Sequence record: MN563784.1
Direction: 5' to 3' (one strand)
DNA: 64,000 nt
This document shows, piece by piece, positions 43,070 to 57,566 of this stretch. The position numbers were made by a program, and so were the translations under genes. Position 1 is the first letter of the stretch. Each line of letters opens with the position of its first letter. The notes under the pieces were generated by a model. That model was not told the DNA's origin. It saw only the letters and a list, made by a program, of their open reading frames with translations, and made no database searches.

Positions 43070-44185
43070 ATGGAATTAATTGATATTTATAAAGATACTC
43101 CAGATGAAATGATTATTGATCTTGATGAACCTAAAAGACTTGCAGATTTATTATCAGGCGATGAAGCGTTAGCTAGGCGAGTGATGGATCTATTAGGCGG
43201 TATGGAAGATTATAATCAGATCCAAGGGGTTATCAAAGAATTAGAGGATGTTGTATCTACTGAAGATATTAGTGATACTATTAAACATGTTATTGATCGA
43301 GTTATAAAACTATTTGTTACCACTATTGAGAAACTGATGGATAGTGGAGTAGTGCTAGCAGCTACTGCTGAATATGTTGCAATTCGAGCAGAAAACTTAC
43401 GAGTTAACAGTCGTGCTAGAACTCGTAAAAATAAGAATCCTACATTTCTAATTACAACTCGTATTCAGAACTTAAGTGTTAGATATAAACCTATTACCAA
43501 TAGTGCTAATTTGTTATCTCACTTACGCGTATTGGAGACAGTAGTTGATGGGTATATCAATGGATTAGACAATGTGATTCTAAGGCCAGCTAATATCATA
43601 CCTTCGTATATGAATCCAAATGCTAGTCCAGATGCTTTAGCAGAACTACTATTAAATAGTGCCCCAACTAAAATAACCACACCATCTGTTTATCGCGATC
43701 AAGGTAATCGATTTGTATCATTGCATTTGCTAGGTAATCATCAAATTGTAATTAACTATAATCCCGATAAGAATGCAAGTGCTTATGATCAGTGTAGGGA
43801 TATTTCTTCACGGTTAGTTCCATCTGAAGAAACCCCTAGACCACTACCAGTCGAAATAGAATTTGAACATTTCAACCATCAAGTTACTGAAAGTATTATT
43901 GATCGAGTTGTTAAGGTAGTTGATAAGATCAATCGTGCAAATGCTGCATCAATGCGTACTCGTCGAAATGAACGGTTAAGGACTCTTAAAGGTGCATTAA
44001 TCAGGTTTAGAGATGAACTAACACGTGCTCGTAATGAAGGGCGACCTGATAGAGAAATACAAGAACTTGTTTCATTGGTAGAAACATATGTTGATTGGTT
44101 GGCTATTCCTTATCACGACCTATTTAAATTAACATGTCGTAATTTGACTGCCATACTCAATGTATGCGATGAAAATCTAAAGTAA
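43070..44185 (+). CDS. head protein (phiKZ gp96-like)
   Basis: 371 aa, AGGAG RBS, GME and STE candidate cleavage sites. Confidence 0.75.
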   Translation: MELIDIYKDTPDEMIIDLDEPKRLADLLSGDEALARRVMDLLGGMEDYNQIQGVIKELEDVVSTEDISDTIKHVIDRVIKLFVTTIEKLMDSGVVLAATAEYVAIRAENLRVNSRARTRKNKNPTFLITTRIQNLSVRYKPITNSANLLSHLRVLETVVDGYINGLDNVILRPANIIPSYMNPNASPDALAELLLNSAPTKITTPSVYRDQGNRFVSLHLLGNHQIVINYNPDKNASAYDQCRDISSRLVPSEETPRPLPVEIEFEHFNHQVTESIIDRVVKVVDKINRANAASMRTRRNERLRTLKGALIRFRDELTRARNEGRPDREIQELVSLVETYVDWLAIPYHDLFKLTCRNLTAILNVCDENLK

Positions 44186-44284
44186 GATTCCAGCGCAATA
44201 TTTTGAATGTTAACGTTCGTCGCTTGGAGTTATGACTAAGACGAATAGCATAACTCATAAACTCTGTACAGAAGGTATATTAAC

Positions 44285-46735
44285 ATGATGGTAAATATTC
44301 ACAAATATGTAGCCAGCCTTGAGAACCAAGATGGTACGGCTGTGGAACAGGATGTATCCAAAGTCGAGACATCTGTTAAAGATGATCATGAACTAGTTCA
44401 AGATTTAAAGAAAGATAATGATGCATCTGCAACTATTGAGAATGAAACTGTTAAAACAGATACTGATATTATCTCTGCTGAAGAACATGAAGAAACAGCA
44501 CATGCTGCTGATAAGTCAGCAGTAATTGTTGAAGAAGTTGTACCAGAAGAAACTGTTGTTGAGGAAAGTATTCCTGAACCGCTAGCTACCACTAGTGTCG
44601 AAGAAGGCGAAGAAGCAGTTAAAGTTGCTGAAGCTGAAATCGCTGAAGAAATCGGTACAATTTCTGAAGGCGGTAAAGAGGTTTTAGATTCAACCACTGA
44701 AATTATTGAAGCTGCACAAGATGCGGCTGATGATACTGAACTAGTACCTGTTGCAGAAGCACCTGGTGAAACAGCAGTGGAATTAACCCCCACTGAAGAA
44801 ACCCCACTTGGTGACGAAACTCCACCGCCTGCACCACTATCTGAGGAACTTCCAGCTGGTGATGAACCTGTTTCATCAACCATGGATACACTACCAGATG
44901 AAGTGTTAGATGCTGGTGAAGTTGTAAGTGAAGCAGTCCCTGGTATTGATGACGATGTAACTCCTGAAGAAGCCGGTGCTGAGCAAACAACTGCTGATGA
45001 AAGTTCCAATGATGAACCTGAGACAGAGATCACTGAAACAGAAGAAGTCGAAATTACTGAACCAGCTGTAGCTGATGCTGAAACAGAAGTTGTTGAAACC
45101 GTAGAAGATACGCCGGATACAACTGATAGTGAAGTAGCTGAAGTAGTAGAGGCGGAATCTGAAAGTGTTCCTGCTGAAGCTGAACCAGATGAAATCGTAG
45201 CAGTTGATGAAGAAGTAGCTGTAACTGATCCAATTGTAGAAGAAGCTGCCGAAACAGCAGAAGTAGCTGAAGAAGGCTTAAGCGAATTGGAAGAAGTTCG
45301 GGATGAAGCTGAAGAAGAATTAACTAATGATGACAGTGATTCTACTGATGTATTAATCAATGAAGCTGAAACTGAAGAAACAGTTGCTGAAACCGAAACG
45401 GCATCTACTATTTCCGAACCAACAATTGAAGAAGGTGCTGTTGAAGACGACAGTGAAACAATTGTTGCAGAAACAGATGATGACGTTTCAGAAGATGACA
45501 TCGAAGAAAAGTTAGCTGAAGGTGAAATTGACATCCCGGATGTTGACGTAGAAGTAACTGAAGATGATGTTGAAGAAGCTGACGAGACTGCTGATGAGGC
45601 AGTTGAAGAAGCCGATAAGCTTGAAGATGACATTGAAGATGGTAAGAAAACCATTGGTCAATTACTTGAAGAGCAGGCATCAAATGAATCCATGCTTGAG
45701 ATTCTACATTATGGCCTAGAACATAAGCAATATAGTCCTCAGTTCATCGTACATGCTAATAGCTGTTTAGAACGCCTGCATAACGCCTTTGATGTCTATT
45801 CACCTGGTGTTCCAGCAATGGAAGATTATGGTTATGGTAATCTAGAAGATTACTATAAGGCGATGGTTACTTCGCTAGAATCATTTAATAGCACTATTGG
45901 TAAGTTTGTTCGAAATATTATCGACAACATTGCTGAAGGTGCAAATGCATCCATCCATGTTAAAGCTAACCAAAAAGAACTAGCCGCAGCTAATACTAAA
46001 GCTGACCAACTTCTAGTTAAGCTTAAAGATACTGATAATTTTGAAAATAAAGAAATCAAAATTAATGGTATTCTAAAAGGTGATGATAATCTAGTACGCG
46101 GTGTTGCTGGAGAAGTTCGTCGTATTAGCGATATTATTAACAAATGCTTCAAAATCGATGGTGAATACATCGAACGTTTAGTTGGTCACCTATCAACTGC
46201 TATTGAAGCTGATAGTGAAGAAGCTATTGATAAGGCTCTAGAAGAAGCAACTAAATTAGAAGTACCTGTTAAGAAATATCCTGAGAGTTCATTTATCAGT
46301 GGAAAACTAGAAGGTAGTTTTACCTTCGAGAAGTCTGGCCGTGATGTAACTGGTCGCACTAGTAAAGATATTGAACGATTAGCTGCTATTGCACTTCCAA
46401 CTGGTGAATGGGGTGCTACCGGTACTACTACTGCTAAAGTTAGCCGTAAGGACGTTACTGAACTAATGAAACTTTCTAAAGTTCTAATTGGTCTTGGTAA
46501 TGCCTCTCTAAAAGTTAGCGGTAACCGCGGTGTACGTCGTCTTGACCAAGCTAACCGTGATATCTCTAAAGTGGCTAGCATGGATAGTAAAGCCGGTAAA
46601 AAGAAAGTCCGGCAACTAGCTAGTGCAGTATGGGAAGTTGTTGGCCAATCGGCTGAAAACCACACCGTTCTAGTTGATTACATTGTAGCTCTTACCAATG
46701 CAATTAACACTGCTGTGAATCGTGCCATTAAGTAA
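44285..46735 (+). CDS. inner-body protein with very long acidic propeptide (phiKZ gp97-like)
   Basis: 816 aa; the first ~470 aa are E/D/T/A/V-rich; SNE, AME, SLE sites precede the globular part. Confidence 0.85.
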   Translation: MMVNIHKYVASLENQDGTAVEQDVSKVETSVKDDHELVQDLKKDNDASATIENETVKTDTDIISAEEHEETAHAADKSAVIVEEVVPEETVVEESIPEPLATTSVEEGEEAVKVAEAEIAEEIGTISEGGKEVLDSTTEIIEAAQDAADDTELVPVAEAPGETAVELTPTEETPLGDETPPPAPLSEELPAGDEPVSSTMDTLPDEVLDAGEVVSEAVPGIDDDVTPEEAGAEQTTADESSNDEPETEITETEEVEITEPAVADAETEVVETVEDTPDTTDSEVAEVVEAESESVPAEAEPDEIVAVDEEVAVTDPIVEEAAETAEVAEEGLSELEEVRDEAEEELTNDDSDSTDVLINEAETEETVAETETASTISEPTIEEGAVEDDSETIVAETDDDVSEDDIEEKLAEGEIDIPDVDVEVTEDDVEEADETADEAVEEADKLEDDIEDGKKTIGQLLEEQASNESMLEILHYGLEHKQYSPQFIVHANSCLERLHNAFDVYSPGVPAMEDYGYGNLEDYYKAMVTSLESFNSTIGKFVRNIIDNIAEGANASIHVKANQKELAAANTKADQLLVKLKDTDNFENKEIKINGILKGDDNLVRGVAGEVRRISDIINKCFKIDGEYIERLVGHLSTAIEADSEEAIDKALEEATKLEVPVKKYPESSFISGKLEGSFTFEKSGRDVTGRTSKDIERLAAIALPTGEWGATGTTTAKVSRKDVTELMKLSKVLIGLGNASLKVSGNRGVRRLDQANRDISKVASMDSKAGKKKVRQLASAVWEVVGQSAENHTVLVDYIVALTNAINTAVNRAIK

Positions 46736-46746
46736 CAAACATAACG

Positions 46747-46772
46747 GGGAGCCTTCATGGCTCCCTTTTATG
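46747..46772 (+). terminator. stem-loop flanked by CATAA/TTTTATG
   Basis: GGGAGCC-TTCAT-GGCTCCC then TTTTATG. Confidence 0.7.
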
Positions 46773-46800
46773 CTGTTAGACCATGATCTTATGATCTTAA

Positions 46801-49856
<3,056 letters not shown>

Positions 49857-49860
49857 TACC

Positions 49861-51834
<1,974 letters not shown>

Positions 51835-51850
51835 TTTATTTAGGTGTATT

Positions 51851-52273
51851 ATGGAACAACTATTTATACGAGTTGATGTGAGGTGGTCACAACAATTCTT
51901 TTCTGAATTAAAACAATACTTTAATTATACCGCAAAAGATGAAGATGATCTTAACTACTTGATCATTCTTTATATTAAAGAACGACATAATTTCTTTTGG
52001 ACATGTGTTCCAGATAGATACAATGATGTAATGTGTAGTTTCTATAAATCAATTTGTGGTTATCCAATAAATCCTAATATCATTGCAAATAGATTTGATC
52101 AACTCTATCGTGAGATTATGAATAGCTTATTACAAATAAAAGGTATTATCAAAGATATAGTTGCTGTTAAAACAAAAGAAGGGGATATCGAGGGATTCAT
52201 TATACATTCTGAATCACTACCTAGGTCCTATCCAAGACCTACTAATTGGAAAGGTGTATTTGAAAGATCTTAA
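51851..52273 (+). CDS. hypothetical protein
   Basis: Track ORF 51827..52273; ATG 51851 after AGGTG is the more plausible start. Confidence 0.7.
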   Translation: MEQLFIRVDVRWSQQFFSELKQYFNYTAKDEDDLNYLIILYIKERHNFFWTCVPDRYNDVMCSFYKSICGYPINPNIIANRFDQLYREIMNSLLQIKGIIKDIVAVKTKEGDIEGFIIHSESLPRSYPRPTNWKGVFERS

Positions 52274-52277
52274 ACAG

Positions 52278-52285
52278 TATATTAC
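52278..52285 (+). promoter_or_regulatory. early promoter TATATTAC
   Basis: TTAAACAGTATATTAC, exact core consensus. Confidence 0.8.
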
Positions 52286-52312
52286 ACATATGAACTAATG
52301 TGGAGTATATAC

Positions 52313-52438
52313 ATGGAAAACATCCCTTTAAATAAACCTAAACAACCGGTAGTACCTGAAACATGGATAAAACTTCATCATGTGGTCGTGTTATTCATTC
52401 TCTCACTAATAGGAACTTTAATCTTCAATGGTATTTAG
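52313..52438 (+). CDS. 41-aa single-TM peptide missed by the ORF track
   Basis: GGAG RBS at 52302; MENIPLNKPKQPVVPETWIKLHHVVVLFILSLIGTLIFNGI; TAG overlaps the next RBS. Confidence 0.6.
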   Translation: MENIPLNKPKQPVVPETWIKLHHVVVLFILSLIGTLIFNGI

Positions 52439-52446
52439 GAGGACAT

Positions 52447-52839
52447 ATGTCATTTATAATTGCTATATGTCTAGCAGTAATGGTAATAGGTATTTTTACT
52501 ATTGGATCTAAAGTTAGAGCTTTATGGTATCTTATAAATGGTAAAACTTTAAATGAGCATAAGAAATGGCGCGCAGACTTCAATGAAGTAATTCAATGGC
52601 TTCATGAAGGTGCTTTCTTTACTAAATCAGGTTTATTTAAAGATCAAGCTATCTCGATTAGATTGTGTGAGCTATCGCGCAGTAAGAAATTATTCCCAAT
52701 GCTACGGCGTTCTAAGTTCGAAGTTATAACTGCTAAGGTATTTAGGGAAATAACTGGTGAGCCTTCAGAGTATAATTATTACTTGAAATTTAATAAGGCT
52801 TATATTGGCTTCTACAACGCTAATCCAGAAATCCAATAA
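52447..52839 (+). CDS. N-terminally membrane-anchored hypothetical protein
   Basis: AGGAGG at 52437-52442 favours ATG 52447 over the track start 52363; hydrophobic first ~20 aa. Confidence 0.75.
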   Translation: MSFIIAICLAVMVIGIFTIGSKVRALWYLINGKTLNEHKKWRADFNEVIQWLHEGAFFTKSGLFKDQAISIRLCELSRSKKLFPMLRRSKFEVITAKVFREITGEPSEYNYYLKFNKAYIGFYNANPEIQ

Positions 52840-52919
52840 GCCTGGAAATGCACCCAATCTAATGAGAAGGTCTATGTTTTGATCTTCTCATTAGTACTCT
52901 TGTAGAAGGAGCCATTATC

Positions 52920-53408
52920 ATGGCTGAATTTATTATAGGTAAAGATATATTCAATGTACCTGGTGATCTTTATCTAATCACTGTTAATGTTGTTGGCGTC
53001 ATGGGCGCTGGTTTAGCCAAATCGTTTAAAGAAAAGTATCCTGAACTTTTTGAAAGATACAAACACGATTGCAAAAAGAGAATTATTACTATTGGTAATC
53101 CGGTTATTTACAAAGCATCCGATGGTAAACGTTTCATGATGTTTCCTACTAAGGATAACTGGCGGAACCCATCTCAAATTAGTTTCATTGAACGTGGTCT
53201 AGAGTGGATGATGGAGAACGTATCGGATTCTGCGGAAAATGAAGAAGACTGTATTCATCCAGATTGGAAAATTATCATACCACCTCTAGGGTGTGCTAAT
53301 GGTGGATTAGATTTCTCTGATGTTAGAACTATCATTGAAGATTGGTCTAATCACATGCCTAACCAGATTGTGGTTGTTTATCCACCGTGGATAGATTCAT
53401 CGGTTTAA
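52920..53408 (+). CDS. macrodomain protein, DarG-like ADP-ribose glycohydrolase (phiKZ gp104-like)
   Basis: TVNVVGVMGAGLA, FPTKDNWR and IPPLGCANGGLD match the DarG-class macrodomain signature; AAGGAG RBS. Confidence 0.88.
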   Translation: MAEFIIGKDIFNVPGDLYLITVNVVGVMGAGLAKSFKEKYPELFERYKHDCKKRIITIGNPVIYKASDGKRFMMFPTKDNWRNPSQISFIERGLEWMMENVSDSAENEEDCIHPDWKIIIPPLGCANGGLDFSDVRTIIEDWSNHMPNQIVVVYPPWIDSSV

Positions 53409-53413
53409 CATTG

Positions 53414-53439
53414 GCCTTCCCTCAGGGGAAGGCTTTATG
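53414..53439 (+). terminator. stem-loop followed by TTTATG
   Basis: GCCTTCCC-TCAG-GGGAAGGC. Confidence 0.65.
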
Positions 53440-53465
53440 TCGTATATTCAAACCATTTTAAACAG

Positions 53466-53473
53466 TATATTAC
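53466..53473 (+). promoter_or_regulatory. early promoter TATATTAC
   Basis: TTTTAAACAGTATATTAC, exact core consensus, heading the small-gene array. Confidence 0.8.
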
Positions 53474-53531
53474 ATTTGTGACAATACTGTAAACATTATC
53501 ATACAACTTAATGTAAATAGGTGGAAATAAA

Positions 53532-53978
53532 ATGGCAAAGACTAAAAAGCAGAAAGTGCAAGAGGCGATTACTCGTAAATTGATCAAGTTCTATAGTGAT
53601 ACATTTCCGGAGTTGATGAAAGCTATTGAAAACTGTGATAGCAGTGGCGAAGAGCATAACCTCCACAATGTATTTGATAATTATAAGAAAACCATTAAAA
53701 TGGCAGAAGAAGCCAAGGTTGACCTTAGTCTTTATGGAGTAAATTTAATTGACAAGGATACATACACGAGTCTTTTGTGGTTTATCGAAGGTTGCTATGT
53801 ATGGGACATGATTAAAAAACTTAACAAAGCAAAATATGACAATGTTCCTGAACTGGCCAGAATTACACAATGGGATGAACTGGATGACGCAAAGAAACTT
53901 CAATTCAATAAAAGTCGAGATTACATCATCAAACGACTGAAAGAAGTAACGACTTGTGAACATTTCAGAAACTATTAA
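53532..53978 (+). CDS. hypothetical early protein
   Basis: 148 aa; AGGTGG RBS. Confidence 0.75.
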   Translation: MAKTKKQKVQEAITRKLIKFYSDTFPELMKAIENCDSSGEEHNLHNVFDNYKKTIKMAEEAKVDLSLYGVNLIDKDTYTSLLWFIEGCYVWDMIKKLNKAKYDNVPELARITQWDELDDAKKLQFNKSRDYIIKRLKEVTTCEHFRNY

Positions 53979-54012
53979 ATAGTTTTAATATTAGTAAATA
54001 GGAATATTTATT

Positions 54013-54351
54013 ATGAAATTCAATACGATTGCAAAAGGTGTATCTTTTCTTCTGGCCACTGCATCACTGGCTGGAACTGGGTATGTTATCTACAAGAAGG
54101 CTAAAGAGACTAAAGCCAACTTTGACAAACTCATGGGTTTCAGGGATCAGTTTAAAAGTATTTCAAAAGAGTATGGTGAATCAGATGAGTTCATGATGTT
54201 CGTCAATGCTGCAATGACTGAGACAATGGATAGTGCTGTTGCTGAGAGCAATATTGAAAAACATCGACTGGATGTAATTCGTAATAAGCTGTCGATCATT
54301 TATGGCGATGACTATACGAATCAAGTATTCGATACAGTTCGTAAGATGTAA
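54013..54351 (+). CDS. N-anchored helical early protein
   Basis: 112 aa; hydrophobic GVSFLLATASLAGTGYVIY then a charged helical domain. Confidence 0.75.
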   Translation: MKFNTIAKGVSFLLATASLAGTGYVIYKKAKETKANFDKLMGFRDQFKSISKEYGESDEFMMFVNAAMTETMDSAVAESNIEKHRLDVIRNKLSIIYGDDYTNQVFDTVRKM

Positions 54352-54459
54352 AAATGGATAGGGCCTCACTGAGGCCCCATTCAAATATAATTACGATAAT
54401 AAAATTATATTTGAATGAGTTTGTTAAACCTTCAATTAATCGTAAAAAGGAAAATACAA

Positions 54460-54621
54460 ATGAATATTGATAAAGTTAAACTTCAAAAACTTATCGCGGA
54501 TGTGCCCGAGGCACCTAAACATAAGAAGATTAAAAACGTCATCACCAAATATGCGGAGATAGCACTAGGAGTATATGTTGGTATTATAATAGCTAAACGT
54601 GTTCTAAATATCAAGTTTTAA
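54460..54621 (+). CDS. small protein with C-terminal hydrophobic helix
   Basis: ATG 54460 after AAGGA preferred over the track start 54415. Confidence 0.65.
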   Translation: MNIDKVKLQKLIADVPEAPKHKKIKNVITKYAEIALGVYVGIIIAKRVLNIKF

Positions 54622-54666
54622 TATAATCAAAATAAATCTACATTCATTAACTAATAGGATATTATC

Positions 54667-54984
54667 ATGCTTTCCATTATCGGTAATGTTGTAAAAACTG
54701 GTCTCATGCTGGCTGGTACCATCTATGTGTTCGAAGTCAGTGTGACTGTTTATAATGAGATTAAATTAGAAAAGAATATCCGTGAAAAAGTAAAGGACTA
54801 TTCCGATTATATCAAATCTAATTCAGATAATACCACCGTGGAAGTAATGACGGACTTTATTGAAGTAGAGCTTATATACGTTATTAATGATGGATTGGAT
54901 ATGTTTAACACCATCAGTGATAAACATCGAATTAAATCAAAAATCCGTAACTGGATTAAGGATGCAATTAACAATGAACTCTAA
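54667..54984 (+). CDS. N-anchored helical early protein
   Basis: 105 aa; AATAGGA leader. Confidence 0.7.
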   Translation: MLSIIGNVVKTGLMLAGTIYVFEVSVTVYNEIKLEKNIREKVKDYSDYIKSNSDNTTVEVMTDFIEVELIYVINDGLDMFNTISDKHRIKSKIRNWIKDAINNEL

Positions 54985-55414
54985 GCTATCTCTTACATTA
55001 GGGATGGTAAGTGGAGCCGTACTCGGTAAGCTTGCTTGGGATTCTAGAGAAAAACTCTATGAATTCTATTATGGACGAATTATTATCCATAAACTGAAAG
55101 CTTATCAAAAGACCATGGATGTCGATAAACTACCGTTCCATCCAGCAACAGCAATGGCCCATTATCTTAAGGCTAGCATTAATGCATCCAAGGAGACACT
55201 TGTGTCACTGGATCTTCTTGAGAGCATTAATGAAGTAGGGCTTAAATATATTGAATCAGTGCGATGCCGTTATGATACTGCATGGCAAATGAGTCTGCAC
55301 AGGAGGCTTGTCAAACGGCAGAAAGAGATTGAAGAAGAGAATCGTCGTATCGAAGAAGAAGAACGACGTAATCGGAAACAACTTGATCTGTTCGATGATG
55401 TGTCAGATGTGTAA
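54974..55414 (+). CDS. N-anchored protein with C-terminal coiled coil
   Basis: ATG 54974 overlapping the previous gene; LSLTLGMVSGAVLG anchor; E/R-rich tail. Confidence 0.7.
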   Translation: MNSKLSLTLGMVSGAVLGKLAWDSREKLYEFYYGRIIIHKLKAYQKTMDVDKLPFHPATAMAHYLKASINASKETLVSLDLLESINEVGLKYIESVRCRYDTAWQMSLHRRLVKRQKEIEEENRRIEEEERRNRKQLDLFDDVSDV

Positions 55415-55422
55415 CTGATAAT

Positions 55423-55450
55423 GGGAGTCTTCGGACTCCCTTTTATTTTC
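55423..55450 (+). terminator. intrinsic terminator
   Basis: GGGAGTC-TTCG-GACTCCC-TTTTATTTTC. Confidence 0.85.
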
Positions 55451-55501
55451 TACATCGTATTATTTTTTAATCACTTCAATAAACGTAAATAGGTATACAA
55501 A

Positions 55502-55858
55502 ATGAATATTGATAAAGTATCACTCTGTCTTGGTATTTTTGTTGGTTCAGTTACAATGTGTGCAGTTGGTAAAATCTATCATAAAACTGTTATTGATGTA
55601 AAAATCAATAAGTTGCGTAATGCTGCTTCAGTGTCTAATGAAATTCTTACAATGCTTTCTAAGCGTGCCTCTGTTATTCGCGCTGAGGTTATGCCAACCG
55701 CAGAAGACTTTATCGATTGTGAAGGTAAAGTACACAACAAACTCACTGAAGAGTTACAGGACATCGTCGCTGGTTTTAAAGTAGCGCCTGAACACGGGGC
55801 TAGTGTTAATACACGTATTAATGATTGGTTCCTACAAACGTTCCCAACTGTTTACTAA
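55502..55858 (+). CDS. N-anchored helical early protein
   Basis: 118 aa; VSLCLGIFVGSVTMCAVG anchor. Confidence 0.75.
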   Translation: MNIDKVSLCLGIFVGSVTMCAVGKIYHKTVIDVKINKLRNAASVSNEILTMLSKRASVIRAEVMPTAEDFIDCEGKVHNKLTEELQDIVAGFKVAPEHGASVNTRINDWFLQTFPTVY

Positions 55859-55868
55859 TAGGTGATAT

Positions 55869-56291
55869 ATGTCAAAAGTAGTATTTCCTAATGGTCTACT
55901 AATAGCGCTCATGCAAAACTTCGATCACACTCTCGAATGTTTTGATCATGATGTTAGTGTTTTTAAAAAGGCACTCAGTGACCTAGATAATAAAATTAAA
56001 GGTGGTATTAAGTCACTTGATAATGATTACTCTAATGCTAAAATTGTATTAGAACGCATTCTTGAAGAACTTTTTAAAAGAGGATTACATATCCCTGGGC
56101 CTTCTGGAAAAGCATTTGTCATTGAAAAAGTTCACATTGTAGATAGCACAGGTGTGGCTAAGGCATACCGTGTCAGTTACAATGATGAAAAAGCTATGCC
56201 TGAATATGTATCAGCCGATAATGTATGGGGTGCACTAATTTCATATCAAAAACGTAGTCGTAGTGCAAATCCATTCAAACCAACTGCGTGA
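55869..56291 (+). CDS. hypothetical protein
   Basis: 140 aa; AGGTG RBS. Confidence 0.75.
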   Translation: MSKVVFPNGLLIALMQNFDHTLECFDHDVSVFKKALSDLDNKIKGGIKSLDNDYSNAKIVLERILEELFKRGLHIPGPSGKAFVIEKVHIVDSTGVAKAYRVSYNDEKAMPEYVSADNVWGALISYQKRSRSANPFKPTA

Positions 56292-56362
56292 AAAGGATCT
56301 GATGGTTAAAGCCATAATCCATTATCGTATTACATAATACCTGCAAAAGAAGGAATAAGTCA

Positions 56363-56614
56363 ATGAGCGAATCTAAAGAAGTTATCAACATGGTGGAATG
56401 TTTTATCAGTGAATCTTACATGGAGCCAGGTGTTGACCACAATCGTCGGATTTTGATGCGTGAATACGGGATCAACCCTAACAGCGGTATACCACTTCGG
56501 GGGAACTGGGTTCTGCGTAACATGCTCACTGGGGAATTTATCGACAATGATAAATACCTCAACGATATTGTTGAACGTAATTCCATCCAATTCGAACGCA
56601 ATACCTTCGTCTAG
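56363..56614 (+). CDS. small protein, paralog of 57608..57883
   Basis: 83 aa; REYGINP...P.RG.WV.R...TG.FID motif; AAGGA RBS. Confidence 0.75.
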   Translation: MSESKEVINMVECFISESYMEPGVDHNRRILMREYGINPNSGIPLRGNWVLRNMLTGEFIDNDKYLNDIVERNSIQFERNTFV

Positions 56615-56649
56615 CTATAATTAATCCAAATCTGAAAATAGGTCAAACC

Positions 56650-57021
56650 ATGAACGAACACATTCAAAAGAAAATCAACCAGGGTACTGGCAGACTGGCT
56701 ATGTGCAACTTCGACAAAATGAACTATGTTCAGGGTCGTGAGTACTATGCCATCTCAGATAGTGGTTTACTTGAACAAATCGTTGCTCTATGCGCAGTTC
56801 AGTGGCCTCAGGAAATGGCCAACTACCTGCATGATGAAAGCGCTCTGTTCTGGGCTCTTTTCGACCGTGGTATCGTAGCTGATGGTAAACCTCGCGCCGA
56901 CCGTAAAGACTTCATCTACGAACGCCTTGGTTTCATCCACAAGAAGAAGTTCAAAAAATACGGCTTGTCTATTCTACAGCGTGCGCGCACCCGCTCGATG
57001 GCTAGTTTTGAGAAAGCTTAA
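56650..57021 (+). CDS. hypothetical basic protein
   Basis: 123 aa; AATAGG leader; higher GC than neighbours. Confidence 0.75.
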   Translation: MNEHIQKKINQGTGRLAMCNFDKMNYVQGREYYAISDSGLLEQIVALCAVQWPQEMANYLHDESALFWALFDRGIVADGKPRADRKDFIYERLGFIHKKKFKKYGLSILQRARTRSMASFEKA

Positions 57022-57068
57022 GAGACTTGCTGAGCTATGCTGCAACACCAATACGAGGATCGTTAATT

Positions 57069-57566
57069 ATGAACCGCATGATTCCTGCAAATGAGCGTGA
57101 CAGTGAACTCAGTCTCTATGGCTATTTGACCTCTGTTGTAACTGGTGGGGTTGCTTGGGATTATAACCCTATCGTTCTGCTGGAGAAGATGTGTAATCGT
57201 GATGATGAGGCCATCTGCATGGGTGAACCCAATTACGATCAATTACGTTTGATCGGTGCAAGGGGTATGTTCGAACAGATCTCTGAAAACATCCTGTCTC
57301 GCAATGAACAAATCATGGATGGTGTTCGTGATTTCTTCAAAGATGGTCTCCAGTTGAAAACCAATGTAGATGACATGTTGGTGAGACTGAATTATCAAAC
57401 TGTGCATAACGGGACTGATATGGATGAGGTGATCATGGTAAACTTGTTCAAAAAAATTGATGGTGATTATGTGGTTGCTCATAAGTGCACATATGACCCT
57501 CAAGATTGGAAACATGCGTTATATTACTTCACCAATGCCTCCATGATCAGTCAAAAACAAAAATAA
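57069..57566 (+). CDS. hypothetical protein
   Basis: ATG 57069 after GAGGA preferred over the track start 57027. Confidence 0.7.
   Translation: MNRMIPANERDSELSLYGYLTSVVTGGVAWDYNPIVLLEKMCNRDDEAICMGEPNYDQLRLIGARGMFEQISENILSRNEQIMDGVRDFFKDGLQLKTNVDDMLVRLNYQTVHNGTDMDEVIMVNLFKKIDGDYVVAHKCTYDPQDWKHALYYFTNASMISQKQK

Noticed and set aside
44398-45654. 418-aa Ser/Thr-rich minus-strand ORF
   Set aside because: Antisense shadow of the acidic low-complexity gp97 propeptide (GAA/GAT codons read as TTC/ATC, few stops); no RBS or independent context.
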